Part shown: positions 18,973 to 28,605 of the stretch, piece by piece
Position numbering within the stretch: the stretch's first letter is position 1
How the letters are laid out: each line of letters begins with the position of its first letter
Source: Candidatus Forterrea multitransposorum CG_2015-17_Forterrea_25_41
GTDB taxonomy: Archaea; Iainarchaeota; Iainarchaeia; Iainarchaeales; CSSED10-239
Assembly: GCA_009392915.1 (NCBI GenBank)
Contig: CP045477.1
Span: 192,001 to 256,000, forward strand
Direction: 5' to 3'
Length of the DNA stretch: 64,000 nucleotides
Made by a program: the position numbers and the translations under genes
Notes under the pieces: model-generated
The model's database searches: none
What the model saw: the letters and a program-made list of their open reading frames with translations, nothing else
Told to the model about the DNA's origin: nothing

Positions 18973-20421
18973 TTGTGTTTTATTATGATTTTCAAACAAT
19001 CAAAGAATCAAATTAAAAGAGATTTCTCTTTTTCTGTAAAAGATGGGATTTTTTGGGTACTAATGAATTCTATAGCTATAATTTTTTTAGTTCCATATTT
19101 AGTTTCTTTAGGTGCAAATTCTTTTCAAATAGGTCTTTTAAATTCATTTCCTTTATTTATAACTTCTTTTTTAGTTTTAATATCTTATAAACTTTTAAAA
19201 ATATTTAAATCTAAAAAACATGCAGTTGTAATTTTTTTAACATTACAAGCTTTAATGTGGATTCCTCTTGCAATGGCTTATTTCTTTTTTCCAAATTCAA
19301 TTACTATTTGGATTATAATTTTAATTTATACAATAATAACTGCTTTAGGAACAATTATTCATCCAATTTACATGGACTGGATAAGAAAACTTTTTCCAAC
19401 AAAACAAATGGGTTCTTATATTGCAAAAAAAAATATAATTTTAGAGTTTGTTTCAATTTTTCCAATTTTTTTAATAGGTTATATTTTAGATGTTATTTTC
19501 AAATCAAATACTTTTATTGGTTATTCAATAATTTTTGTATTTGCAGGAATATTTAGATATTTTTCAACAAGATTTTTAAATAAAATGAGTGAAACAGAAG
19601 ATAAAGAAGCTATTTTAAAACTTGTAAAAGAAAAAGAAAAAATTCCTCTTTTAAAATCTTTTAAAGATGAAGTTATAAAAGATAAGTCTTTTTTAAAGTT
19701 TTTAATTTTTATCATTCTATCATATATTGGTATTCACTTAGCAACTTCTTATGTTTCTTATTTTGTTTTAAACTTTTTAAATTATTCTTCTACTCAATAT
19801 GTTCTATGGAAAATTTCTTTTATTTTAGGAACTGTTTTAAGTTTAAGTTATTGGGGTTATATTTCAGATAAATATAGTCCTGTAAAAGTTTTACAAATAA
19901 GTACTTTATTTATGCCTTTATTTTTAATAATTCCTGCATTCTTTTATTCTAGTTATTCTTTAATGATTTTTTCAATTTTTGTTGGAGGTGTTATTTTTGG
20001 TGCTTTTAATTTAGGGGTTTTAGATTATCTTTTTAAAAATATAAAAAGAGATTTAATAGGTCATAGTTCTTATTTTTTAATAATACAAGCAAGTTCAATT
20101 TTTATTGGAACTCTTCTAGGTTCTGGAATAATTTATTTAGCAACAAAATTTTATTCTTCAGAATTCAAGGCTTTAATATTTTTATTTGTATTTACAATAT
20201 TTTTTAGATACATAGCATTTTTCTATTCTTTAAAGCTTAAAAAATTAGAAAGAAGAGATCTTAGATTTTTTAAATATGTTATTTTTCAAAGACCTGTTCT
20301 TTATGGTTTACTTCAATTTACTCATCTTTCACATGAAGAAAAAAAATTACTACTTGATTTAAAATTAAAATCTGAATTTAAAAAAATTAAATCAAAATTA
20401 TTTAATCAGAAAAAACAGTAG
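18973..20421 (+). CDS. MFS-type transporter
   Basis: 482-aa ORF with ~12 TM helices in two halves separated by a charged loop (NKMSETEDKEAILKLVKEKEK). Confidence 0.5.
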   Translation: MCFIMIFKQSKNQIKRDFSFSVKDGIFWVLMNSIAIIFLVPYLVSLGANSFQIGLLNSFPLFITSFLVLISYKLLKIFKSKKHAVVIFLTLQALMWIPLAMAYFFFPNSITIWIIILIYTIITALGTIIHPIYMDWIRKLFPTKQMGSYIAKKNIILEFVSIFPIFLIGYILDVIFKSNTFIGYSIIFVFAGIFRYFSTRFLNKMSETEDKEAILKLVKEKEKIPLLKSFKDEVIKDKSFLKFLIFIILSYIGIHLATSYVSYFVLNFLNYSSTQYVLWKISFILGTVLSLSYWGYISDKYSPVKVLQISTLFMPLFLIIPAFFYSSYSLMIFSIFVGGVIFGAFNLGVLDYLFKNIKRDLIGHSSYFLIIQASSIFIGTLLGSGIIYLATKFYSSEFKALIFLFVFTIFFRYIAFFYSLKLKKLERRDLRFFKYVIFQRPVLYGLLQFTHLSHEEKKLLLDLKLKSEFKKIKSKLFNQKKQ

Positions 20422-22924
20422 CTGTTTTTCCTCCATCCCATGTAATTCTTGGTCTTATTTTTAGAAGCATTACTTTTTCGGAGTTATCATCAATCATTAT
20501 TGCATATCCTTGTTCTTTTGGCATTTGTGCATAATATTTATCCATAGGTATATTTAGATAACTAGGTCTAATTGATGAAACTGCTTGAATATCTTCTTGT
20601 GCTGTCATTCTCATACTTAAGAAAAGATCACATTGAGAGATTGTTTCAGAATGTAGTTTATTTGGTCTTTGGGTTGCAAGGATTAATGAAAGTCCTGGTT
20701 GCCTTCCAACTCTTATCCATTGCAATAAAACATCTAAAGCCATACTAGGTCTGTCTTGAGGCATAAACATGTGTGCTTCATCTATTACCATCCAGACAAT
20801 AGGCATTTCACTTGTTTTTCTTTTTCCTTCAAGAAGATTTTTTTCTTCTTCTTTTCTATAAAGCATTCTTTCTTCATATAGTCTTTTTCCTAAAAGTCCA
20901 ACTATAAGTTCTTGAACTGATTCCATTCCAATTGCTTGTTTATATGTTGAAACATCAATTGTTGTAATTGTTCCTGGCTTTGCAAATTCTTTCATAGTTG
21001 TTCCTGATTTTGAAAAAAGACCCCATGATTTTGCAATTTTCATTCTATTTATTAAAGAGTCTTTAATTTCTTTTGTTGTTTCTGAATCTGTTAAAGCTAC
21101 TTTAATAATATCATCAATATCATAAAGATTTCCAAGTTTTTGTTTTAAAATATCAATACTTCTTGACAGAAGTCCAGATTCTGGATCTCTCCAAGTTAGT
21201 CTAAAAAGACCAAGCCAGTCTTCTAAATCTACTTGTGAAGATCTTATTGAAAAAGGTGAATCAAAAGGTATTTCTTTTTCTTTATAAAAATCTTGTTTTC
21301 CTGCAGGAATCATATTTCTAATACCAATACCATCTGCCTTTAAATCCCATTTATCTAATAGTTCTTTAGGTACTTCTTTATTTGGATAGTTCATGGTCCA
21401 AAAAATACCTACAGTGTCAATAACAATTACAGAAAGTCTATCTTTAACATCAAAAGGTTGTCTTGCAAATTCTTCCATAACAACAGATAGAGTATAACTG
21501 TTGTGTATTATTATATTATTTGCAATAAAATTATGGTTTTTTAAAACTGTTATGTCATAAACTTCAAATTTTCCTTTTAAATGATTAATTTCTTTAATCT
21601 CATCCCAATAGATATCTGATGTTGCTATTTTTTCAAGTTCTTTATTATTTTCTTTTTTTGCAATAATTAATAATTTTTCTCTTGAAGGTGCATAATTTAT
21701 TGATGATCTAATTGCTTTTGGTGTTTTATAATTAAATTCTACACCAATATTTTTCCATCCGTTTAAAGGTTTAAAATTATTCCAAATTTCTTTAGGAATT
21801 GTATCAATATTTGGATTTTTAATTTTATTTTTATATTTTAATGTTTTTTTTTCTTTTTCTCCAATAAATCCAATTTCTTTAATATATTTTTCTACATCTT
21901 GTTCTAATATTTCAAGTTCATAACTATCTCTTTTTTTAGTTTTCTTTTTTCTAATTTTTGAAAGTATTTCTAGTTTTAATAAGATTCCTTGAATCTGTAG
22001 TATCATTTTTTTAGAAGAAGATGAGTAACTTATTCTACATCTTTTTTCTTTTTCAAAATAAATTGTTCCATCACAACTAAACATTCTATTTAAAAATAAA
22101 GCAAGGTTTTCTTTTTTTTGTTTAAATATAATTTCTGGAATTTCTTTTTGATATGATAATTTATTATACATTCCAATTTGTTTAATATATTCTTTTAAAC
22201 TTCCTTTCTGGTATGGATTTTCTTTTCCTTTTTTCCATATAACTTTGTAATTATATTTTCCTATTTCTTTTAAGTCTAGTTCTTTATCAAATAATTTTAT
22301 TGAAGATCTAAAATCATTTACAATTTTGTCATCACCATTACAAAAAAGTACAACTCTATTTGAAAGATGCCCTTCTGCAAGAAGATATGCAATTAATTTA
22401 ATATTTTCTTTTTTTAATTTATCTTTACCTATATTATTTAATTTTCTAGGTGTTGCAATTCTTGACTTTACTTTAAGATCTTTTGCTTCTTTCCAACCTT
22501 CTAAAGTAAGTAATGGATGTTCTAAAGTTAATTTTATTTCTTTTCCACTTCTAAGTTTAATTTCTAAAAGTTCATTTACTTTTCTTTTAAAAAAGTTTTC
22601 TTTTTTAGCTTTTTCTATTTTTAAATTATCATTAATAGACATTACTTTAAGATTTGTATTTTCTAAATCTTTTATTTCAATTTCTCTTCCATCTTCTAAA
22701 GCTATTAAAGTGTCTCCAGTTACACATTTTCCGCCGCCCCTTTTTCCGCAGATAATCATTACATGTGATCTTGAAAGATCCATTAATACTTTTTTACCTA
22801 AAACAGGGTCATCTCCTCCAGAGACAACTACTTTTCCTAAATATCCAGTTGCTTTTTCTTTGTATTTATCAAGATCGCTTTGTTTTCTTCCAACTACAAT
22901 ATTATCTGTAAAATCTAAACTCAT
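20402..22924 (-). CDS. HerA/FtsK-superfamily ATPase (DUF87/AAA-like) interrupted by an intein in the P-loop
   Basis: 840-aa ORF; Walker A HVMIICGKRGGGK|C...IIIHN|SYT split by a 409-aa insertion beginning Cys and ending His-Asn followed by Ser; Walker B VWMVIDEAHMF; C-terminal ILATQRPNKLHSETISQCDLFLSMRM motif of HerA/FtsK ATPases. Confidence 0.8.
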   Translation of the reverse strand: MSLDFTDNIVVGRKQSDLDKYKEKATGYLGKVVVSGGDDPVLGKKVLMDLSRSHVMIICGKRGGGKCVTGDTLIALEDGREIEIKDLENTNLKVMSINDNLKIEKAKKENFFKRKVNELLEIKLRSGKEIKLTLEHPLLTLEGWKEAKDLKVKSRIATPRKLNNIGKDKLKKENIKLIAYLLAEGHLSNRVVLFCNGDDKIVNDFRSSIKLFDKELDLKEIGKYNYKVIWKKGKENPYQKGSLKEYIKQIGMYNKLSYQKEIPEIIFKQKKENLALFLNRMFSCDGTIYFEKEKRCRISYSSSSKKMILQIQGILLKLEILSKIRKKKTKKRDSYELEILEQDVEKYIKEIGFIGEKEKKTLKYKNKIKNPNIDTIPKEIWNNFKPLNGWKNIGVEFNYKTPKAIRSSINYAPSREKLLIIAKKENNKELEKIATSDIYWDEIKEINHLKGKFEVYDITVLKNHNFIANNIIIHNSYTLSVVMEEFARQPFDVKDRLSVIVIDTVGIFWTMNYPNKEVPKELLDKWDLKADGIGIRNMIPAGKQDFYKEKEIPFDSPFSIRSSQVDLEDWLGLFRLTWRDPESGLLSRSIDILKQKLGNLYDIDDIIKVALTDSETTKEIKDSLINRMKIAKSWGLFSKSGTTMKEFAKPGTITTIDVSTYKQAIGMESVQELIVGLLGKRLYEERMLYRKEEEKNLLEGKRKTSEMPIVWMVIDEAHMFMPQDRPSMALDVLLQWIRVGRQPGLSLILATQRPNKLHSETISQCDLFLSMRMTAQEDIQAVSSIRPSYLNIPMDKYYAQMPKEQGYAIMIDDNSEKVMLLKIRPRITWDGGKTATVFSD
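21500..22726 (-). mobile_element. Intein (Hint domain + LAGLIDADG homing endonuclease) inserted in Walker A of the ATPase
   Basis: Extein/intein junctions GGGK|CVTGDTLIALEDG and NNIIIHN|SYTLS; internal IAYLLAEGHLSNR and LALFLNRMFSCDGTIYF resemble the two LAGLIDADG blocks. Confidence 0.75.
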
Positions 22925-23601
22925 ATTTTTTCTTTTTTATATTTTTTTAAAAATTCTTTAATTGTTTTTATTGTTATATATCCTGATGCTAATATAATTA
23001 ATATAAATATTATAACTATTAGTACATATGCAATTGATCTTAAATTTATAAAGAAAATAAATAATATTTTAATTAAGTGTGTTTGTATAATTGCTCCTAC
23101 CATTATTGAAATTAAAGCTATGTAAAATAATTTAATATCTTGTTTTGTAAAGAAAATAGCTCTTATCTTATATTTATCTTCTTTAATGATTAAATTATTT
23201 AAAAATATTTTTACAATTAATAATAATGTTTTTATTCCAAGTGTTGAAAATATAATGTATGATATAAAAAATAAAAATTGAGGTATTAATTGAACTAATA
23301 ATTTTACTTGACCTAAAAATGAAGATGTTAATAGTTCAACATGAATATATGCATATTGTATACCTATTGTTAAATAAGCAAATGGTGTGAAAAAAAGATC
23401 TAATGAATTATTAAATATTTCATAAATTGTTTGTTTGAAATAAATTGCACTTGTAAGAGATAAATTTTGTATAAAGTTTGATCCTTCTGTAATTAGGATG
23501 TCTCCTCTTGAGGCATAGATAAAAGCAATTATAATTCCAATAATATATGAAATTCCAAAAGTTGAAGCAATTACTCTATAATAGTTATCTATCTTTACCA
23601 T
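22921..23601 (-). CDS. Polytopic membrane protein translationally coupled to the downstream ATPase
   Basis: 226-aa ORF, about 6 TM helices; its stop overlaps the ATG of the ATPase gene (ATGA overlap at 22921-22924). Confidence 0.5.
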   Translation of the reverse strand: MVKIDNYYRVIASTFGISYIIGIIIAFIYASRGDILITEGSNFIQNLSLTSAIYFKQTIYEIFNNSLDLFFTPFAYLTIGIQYAYIHVELLTSSFLGQVKLLVQLIPQFLFFISYIIFSTLGIKTLLLIVKIFLNNLIIKEDKYKIRAIFFTKQDIKLFYIALISIMVGAIIQTHLIKILFIFFINLRSIAYVLIVIIFILIILASGYITIKTIKEFLKKYKKEKI

Positions 23602-23720
23602 ATTATTAAATATATTTAAGAAAATAGTTTAAAAGACTATGGTTTTTAAGTATTATGTTGGTTTTATAAAAATATAGGTTTTTAATATATTTATTGTTTA
23701 TTTAAATGAGATAATTAGAT

Positions 23721-24161
23721 ATGAAAAGAAAAATTAAAGATTTAAGAAATAAAAAAAATACTGCAGAAAATCATTCTGGAGTTTTAAGAATAAAAAGTGA
23801 AAGATTTAAAATTGAAAGAAATTTAGCTTCTCAAAAACCTCTTGCTATGGAATATAAGTCTGAATATAAGCAAGGATGTTTATTTATTAAGAAAATTTTA
23901 GATTATAAACAAAAAAATAAATTAATATTTTTTACTGGAAAACAAGCTGGTGAGATTTTAAAAAAATATCCAAAACTAGATTCTCCAGAAGCTATAAAAA
24001 GTATATTGATTGCAAGTTCTAATCCTAATTTAAATATTAAAAAAATAAATTCTATAGTTTCTGAAATATATAGTAAAAAGATCTCTGAAAAAGAAAGAAA
24101 AGATATTATTTTTACAATGATCAGAAGTATAAAAATAGAAAACTATGAATACCTTTTATAG
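23721..24161 (+). CDS. Hypothetical basic protein
   Basis: 146-aa Lys-rich ORF, no recognisable motif. Confidence 0.3.
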   Translation: MKRKIKDLRNKKNTAENHSGVLRIKSERFKIERNLASQKPLAMEYKSEYKQGCLFIKKILDYKQKNKLIFFTGKQAGEILKKYPKLDSPEAIKSILIASSNPNLNIKKINSIVSEIYSKKISEKERKDIIFTMIRSIKIENYEYLL

Positions 24162-24205
24162 TTTTTATTTTTTAAAAAAATAAGAAAAAAAAAGAGAAAG
24201 AAAAA

Positions 24206-24490
24206 CTATTCTTGTTTAATTTCAGTTTTCTTCATTCTTTTTGGTATTACAAAATAACTTTTAGCTTTACAAACTGAACATTCAGCTGTATAAACTGGTT
24301 TTTTATTTTGTTTTTTAACAGGTTTGATTAATTTTGCTTTTCCACCATAACCTGACTTATGTTTAGCTTCATTTTTTCTAGTACCAATAGACATAGCTCT
24401 TGCTTTTCTAGGTTTGAATGCTTTTAATTTTTGTTCTGTATGTTTTTTACATTTTTTACAATATCCTTTTACTGTTTTTGGAAGGTTCAT
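24206..24490 (-). CDS. rpl44e: Ribosomal protein L44e (L36a-like zinc-ribbon protein)
   Basis: 94-aa ORF, CKKCKKH...GYGGK...CSVCKAK four-Cys zinc ribbon and length typical of archaeal/eukaryotic L44e. Confidence 0.8.
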   Translation of the reverse strand: MNLPKTVKGYCKKCKKHTEQKLKAFKPRKARAMSIGTRKNEAKHKSGYGGKAKLIKPVKKQNKKPVYTAECSVCKAKSYFVIPKRMKKTEIKQE

Positions 24491-24599
24491 AATTATTCAC
24501 TCTTTTTTTATAAATTTTAATTTTTAAATAAGTTGTTCACTCTTACTCTTATATAATATATATAAGCAAGCTTTAAAAACAAATTGTTTTTTAAAGAAT

Positions 24600-26504
24600 T
24601 TAAGAAAAGAACTTTAAAATCTCTTCTTTGTATTCTTTTGTTTTTATAAATTTAATATTTTTAGGAATATGTCTCTTATAATTATCCCATTCATACCTAG
24701 AATCTAGATAAAAAACAACTCCTCTATCTTTTTCACTTCTAATTACTCTACCTGCACTTTGTATTACTTTCTGAATTGCTGGTTGAATATATGCATATTG
24801 CCATCCTTTTTTATAAAGTTTATCATAATATTCAATTCTAGCTTTAGTATAGATTTCTAATTTTGAAAGAGGTATTCCAATTATTACAGCTCCTAAAAGT
24901 AAATTCCCAGGCAGGTCAATTCCTTCTGAGGCTTTTCCACCCATTACTGCAAACAAACAAGATCCTAAAAGTCTAGATCCATCTTTAAAATCATTAATCA
25001 TTTTTTCAAAATCATCAGTTGTACTTTCTTCTAATTGATATATTTTAGGTTTATTTATTTTAATATATTTCTCAATATCTCTCATCATTTCAAAACTTGG
25101 AAAGAAAACAACTGTATTTCCTGGTATGGAGTTAACTATTTGTGAAGTAATATCTCCTATTTTTTTATATTCATCAATATTTCTATTTGTAAATTTTGTT
25201 GTAACATTATTAATTAGAATATCTAGTCTATTTTCTTTTAAAAAAGGGGAATCATATTCTTTTAAAACAGAATTATCTTTAATTCCATATATTTCTTCAT
25301 ACATAGAAAGAGGAGTTAATGTTCCTGACATTATAACAGATGAAAAGCAATTTTTAAAAACTTCTTTTGTAATTGTTGAAACATCTAAAGCATTATTTTT
25401 AAGAGTTATTACATTTTTTTCAATTTTTATATATTTTACAAAATCTTTTTCTTTTATTAAAAACCAACTTTCAAGAAAAAGAGCAACTGTTACAAGAGAA
25501 GATCTAGTTTCATTTTTCTTTTCAATATAGCTAATTCCAGCTTCTTCAATTTCTATTATTTTTTCTTCAATATCTTTTATATGTTTTTCAGAAATTATTT
25601 CATTTTCTTTTACAAATTCTTCTTTTTCATATAGACTTTTTTTATCTTTAAATTTATTGTGTGCTATTTCTTCAAGTTTTAAAACAAATTCTTTTAAGAA
25701 ACTTTCAACATTTTTTTCATCAATTTCTTCTGCTTCTTTAATAGCTCTATTTATTATATTAAGATTAATTGTTTTTGAAAGAAGTTTAATTATTCTTTCT
25801 TCTAAGTTATGTGCTTCATCAACAATAACTATACAATCTTTAATATCTACATTTATTTCTGCAAGGAAAGTTGAAGATATTTTCTTTGAAAATAAATGAT
25901 TATAATCTGCAATTATTATTTGACAAGTTCTTGCAAATATTTTTGAAAACTCATAAGGACAAAGAGGTGCTGGTTTTCCATGTAAATTTTTAAAATCATA
26001 TGAGATATTTCGTGAATTTTCTGCAGAAAGAATTGTAAGACTTCTATTTTCTCTTTCAATTAATTGTTCTGTAATTTCTCTTTCTGTTTTATTTGCAGGT
26101 CTTACATTATTATAAAAAGGACATTGTTTATTCATACATGCATTTTTACAAACTTCATAAAATCCAGCCTTTACTTGTGAAATTCCAGGTTCAATACAAA
26201 GGTTTCTTTTTCCTACAAAATCAATTGCTTTAACTCCTAAATTATACTTAAAATTTATTTCTCTAATAACTTCTAAAGCAATTTTATGTTGAGAGGTTTT
26301 TGGTGTTAGAAAAAGTATTTTTTTATCATGTTCAATTGCATAGCTAATGGCTGCTGAAAGAGAGGCATCTGTTTTCCCAGTTCCTGTTGGTGCATGTAGA
26401 ATAATGTTTTTTCTATTTTCAAAAGCTTCAAGTATGTCTATAATGATTTGTTTCTGTCCTTCTCTAAAGGATGAATGTCTAAAGTATATTTTTTTAAGCA
26501 CCAT
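24600..26504 (-). CDS. XPD/Rad3-like (DinG family) ATP-dependent DNA helicase with Fe-S cluster domain
   Basis: 634-aa ORF; Walker A HAPTGTGKT, DEAH box VIVDEAHNLEE, four Cys (C..C..C..C: CIEPG...CKNACMNKQCPFY) in the Fe-S insertion, C-terminal QSAGRVIRS motif VI. Confidence 0.8.
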   Translation of the reverse strand: MVLKKIYFRHSSFREGQKQIIIDILEAFENRKNIILHAPTGTGKTDASLSAAISYAIEHDKKILFLTPKTSQHKIALEVIREINFKYNLGVKAIDFVGKRNLCIEPGISQVKAGFYEVCKNACMNKQCPFYNNVRPANKTEREITEQLIERENRSLTILSAENSRNISYDFKNLHGKPAPLCPYEFSKIFARTCQIIIADYNHLFSKKISSTFLAEINVDIKDCIVIVDEAHNLEERIIKLLSKTINLNIINRAIKEAEEIDEKNVESFLKEFVLKLEEIAHNKFKDKKSLYEKEEFVKENEIISEKHIKDIEEKIIEIEEAGISYIEKKNETRSSLVTVALFLESWFLIKEKDFVKYIKIEKNVITLKNNALDVSTITKEVFKNCFSSVIMSGTLTPLSMYEEIYGIKDNSVLKEYDSPFLKENRLDILINNVTTKFTNRNIDEYKKIGDITSQIVNSIPGNTVVFFPSFEMMRDIEKYIKINKPKIYQLEESTTDDFEKMINDFKDGSRLLGSCLFAVMGGKASEGIDLPGNLLLGAVIIGIPLSKLEIYTKARIEYYDKLYKKGWQYAYIQPAIQKVIQSAGRVIRSEKDRGVVFYLDSRYEWDNYKRHIPKNIKFIKTKEYKEEILKFFS

Positions 26505-26795
26505 TTATTTTCTTAATTAATATTTTGTTTTCTTTATTTTAAGTAAAAGAAGATATAATATATTGTTTCTAAAAGAATATATATCTTTTGTAGGTTCTTG
26601 GCTTTTATAAAATAGTTTATAAAAGTTTCTAATGTATTAATTATCTGTAAAATATATAAATATATTTTATTTTAAGGTATGAATTAAAATGAATAATGTA
26701 AGGGAAATAATTAATTTTCATACATATTTTTTTAAGAATAAAAATTGATTTTTTCTAAACATTTGTCTGGTAAAAAGAAATAAAAAAGAAATTTT

Positions 26796-27746
26796 ATGCC
26801 AATTTTAAAAAATAAAAATAAACCTTTAAAAGGAAATTTAACACAAGGAAGATATAGAGAAAAGCTACCTTTAAAAAAACCAGTTAACTTTAAAAAAATG
26901 AAATCTCCTGGTGAGTTGTTTAAAGGTAAGTTTTCAAAATCTGTTGTAAAGTATATTTATCAACTTTATCTTGGAAAATTAAATTTAACATCTAGATCAG
27001 GGATAAAGACATATCCTTTTGCAACTAAACAAGAATTAACTAAATCTTTTGTTTTTCTTAAAAATAAACTTAAAGAAAAAAATATAGATATTTTTAATAA
27101 TTCTGGCCAGAAACTACATTTTATTTTTCCTCTTTCAGGTATGAGTCCTGTTGGTTATTTTTATAAAGGAATTATTGAACAGTTAATGCCTAAGGCAAGA
27201 ATTACTTTTTTAAAAACTATTGGAAATCGCAGAAATGTTCCTGGCTATGATTTAGTAAATCTTAAAAAGTCAATTAATAAATATGATGAATTATTTTGTG
27301 TGATTGATTATTTTGAAAAAGGTAGTACATTAAGATTAATTGAAAATAATTTAAAAGAAATTAATCCTAAGTTTGATTTAATTGGAGTTAATTCTCCAGA
27401 ATCAAGGATAGATCTTGAATCTTATAATATTATAAATAATAATAAAAATTTATTAGATATAATAGATAATGAATATAATAATAGTAATAAATTTATTAGT
27501 AAAAGTACTTTTAGAGAGAAGATGTCACCTCAAAAACCTTTAACAAGATCTTTTTATAAAGATATTGCTCAAATAAATACAAATAGATTAATAATTCCAA
27601 ACTATCAAGCTTATAAAATAGAAGCTTTAGAAAAAGGATTTTTTAATGAAAAAGTTTTTAATGCTTTAAAAGAAATGGATAAAGCACAAAAGTATACCTA
27701 TTATTATTTAGGAACTAGATTTATTAGTAATGTTTTAAAAAAATAA
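26796..27746 (+). CDS. Hypothetical protein, possible degenerate phosphoribosyltransferase-like fold
   Basis: 316-aa ORF; segment LFCVIDYFEKGSTLRLI loosely resembles a PRTase PRPP-binding loop; weak. Confidence 0.25.
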   Translation: MPILKNKNKPLKGNLTQGRYREKLPLKKPVNFKKMKSPGELFKGKFSKSVVKYIYQLYLGKLNLTSRSGIKTYPFATKQELTKSFVFLKNKLKEKNIDIFNNSGQKLHFIFPLSGMSPVGYFYKGIIEQLMPKARITFLKTIGNRRNVPGYDLVNLKKSINKYDELFCVIDYFEKGSTLRLIENNLKEINPKFDLIGVNSPESRIDLESYNIINNNKNLLDIIDNEYNNSNKFISKSTFREKMSPQKPLTRSFYKDIAQINTNRLIIPNYQAYKIEALEKGFFNEKVFNALKEMDKAQKYTYYYLGTRFISNVLKK

Positions 27747-27761
27747 AAAAATATTTTAATT

Positions 27762-28574
27762 ATGGACTTTAAAAAAATAAAAAATATAGCAATTTATTAT
27801 TTCTCAGGAACAGGAAACACTTTGTTTATTTCTGAAACTTATAATAAATATTTTTTACTTAAAAGTAAATCTGTAGATTTAAAACCTATTGAAAATATTG
27901 AAATTGTTTCAAGTCAAGGTAAATATGATATGCTTGTAATTGCTTTTCCGGTTCATGCTTTTAAAGCTCCTAAGTTAGTTGAAAAGTTTATAAATAATCT
28001 TCCATCTTCAACAACTAAAAAACCAGTATTATTACTTGCAAGCTGTGGAGGAATGCCTGGATCTTCTTTTAGTATATTAAATAAAATTTTAATAAAAAAA
28101 GGATATTATATAGCTTCAAATTTTTATTATTCAATGCCAGATAATGTTTCTTTTATGTTTTCAAAAGACTTAATTTCAGAAAAAGAAATTATGGATAAAA
28201 TTGCTTTAGCAAAAGATAAATCTTTTAAAGATTTTACAAATCTTTATTCTGGAAAAGAAGAGGTTATTAAGTCTAATATTTTTAAAAGATTATTTTCAAA
28301 TATTGTTTTTTATTTTTTATCTAAATCTTTAAAGAAGAATAAATGGGTTGTTGATTATAATAAATGTATTTTTTGTGAAATTTGTTCTAAAAATTGCCCT
28401 ACTCAAAACATTACTGTTAAAAAACAGAAGAGAGAGGTTAAATTTTCAGATAAATGTATTATGTGTACAAGGTGTTATAATCTTTGTCCAGTAAATGCTA
28501 TTAATTATAAGTCTGAAAAGACTAAAGATTTTAAGAGATATAATATTTTTAAAAAGGAACTTATATCAAAATAA
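27762..28574 (+). CDS. Flavodoxin-like domain fused to 2x[4Fe-4S] ferredoxin domain
   Basis: 270-aa ORF; N-term IYYFSGTGNT flavodoxin phosphate loop; C-term CIFCEICSKNCP and CIMCTRCYNLCP cluster motifs. Confidence 0.6.
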   Translation: MDFKKIKNIAIYYFSGTGNTLFISETYNKYFLLKSKSVDLKPIENIEIVSSQGKYDMLVIAFPVHAFKAPKLVEKFINNLPSSTTKKPVLLLASCGGMPGSSFSILNKILIKKGYYIASNFYYSMPDNVSFMFSKDLISEKEIMDKIALAKDKSFKDFTNLYSGKEEVIKSNIFKRLFSNIVFYFLSKSLKKNKWVVDYNKCIFCEICSKNCPTQNITVKKQKREVKFSDKCIMCTRCYNLCPVNAINYKSEKTKDFKRYNIFKKELISK

Positions 28575-28605
28575 ATTTTAATAAAATTAGTAAAGTGATT
28601 AGATT

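Noticed and set aside
19257-19715. Two small ORFs (19257-19556 +, 19521-19715 -) within the MFS transporter gene
   Set aside because: They are alternative or antisense frames of a long hydrophobic CDS, with no independent support.
22326-22961. 211-aa plus-strand ORF
   Set aside because: It is antisense to the ATPase/intein gene and the start of the membrane protein gene. Its Ser/Phe/Leu-rich composition is typical of the reverse frame of a Lys/Glu-rich gene.
25126-25899. Two plus-strand ORFs (134 aa and 80 aa) inside the XPD helicase gene
   Set aside because: They are antisense to a well-supported conserved helicase CDS.
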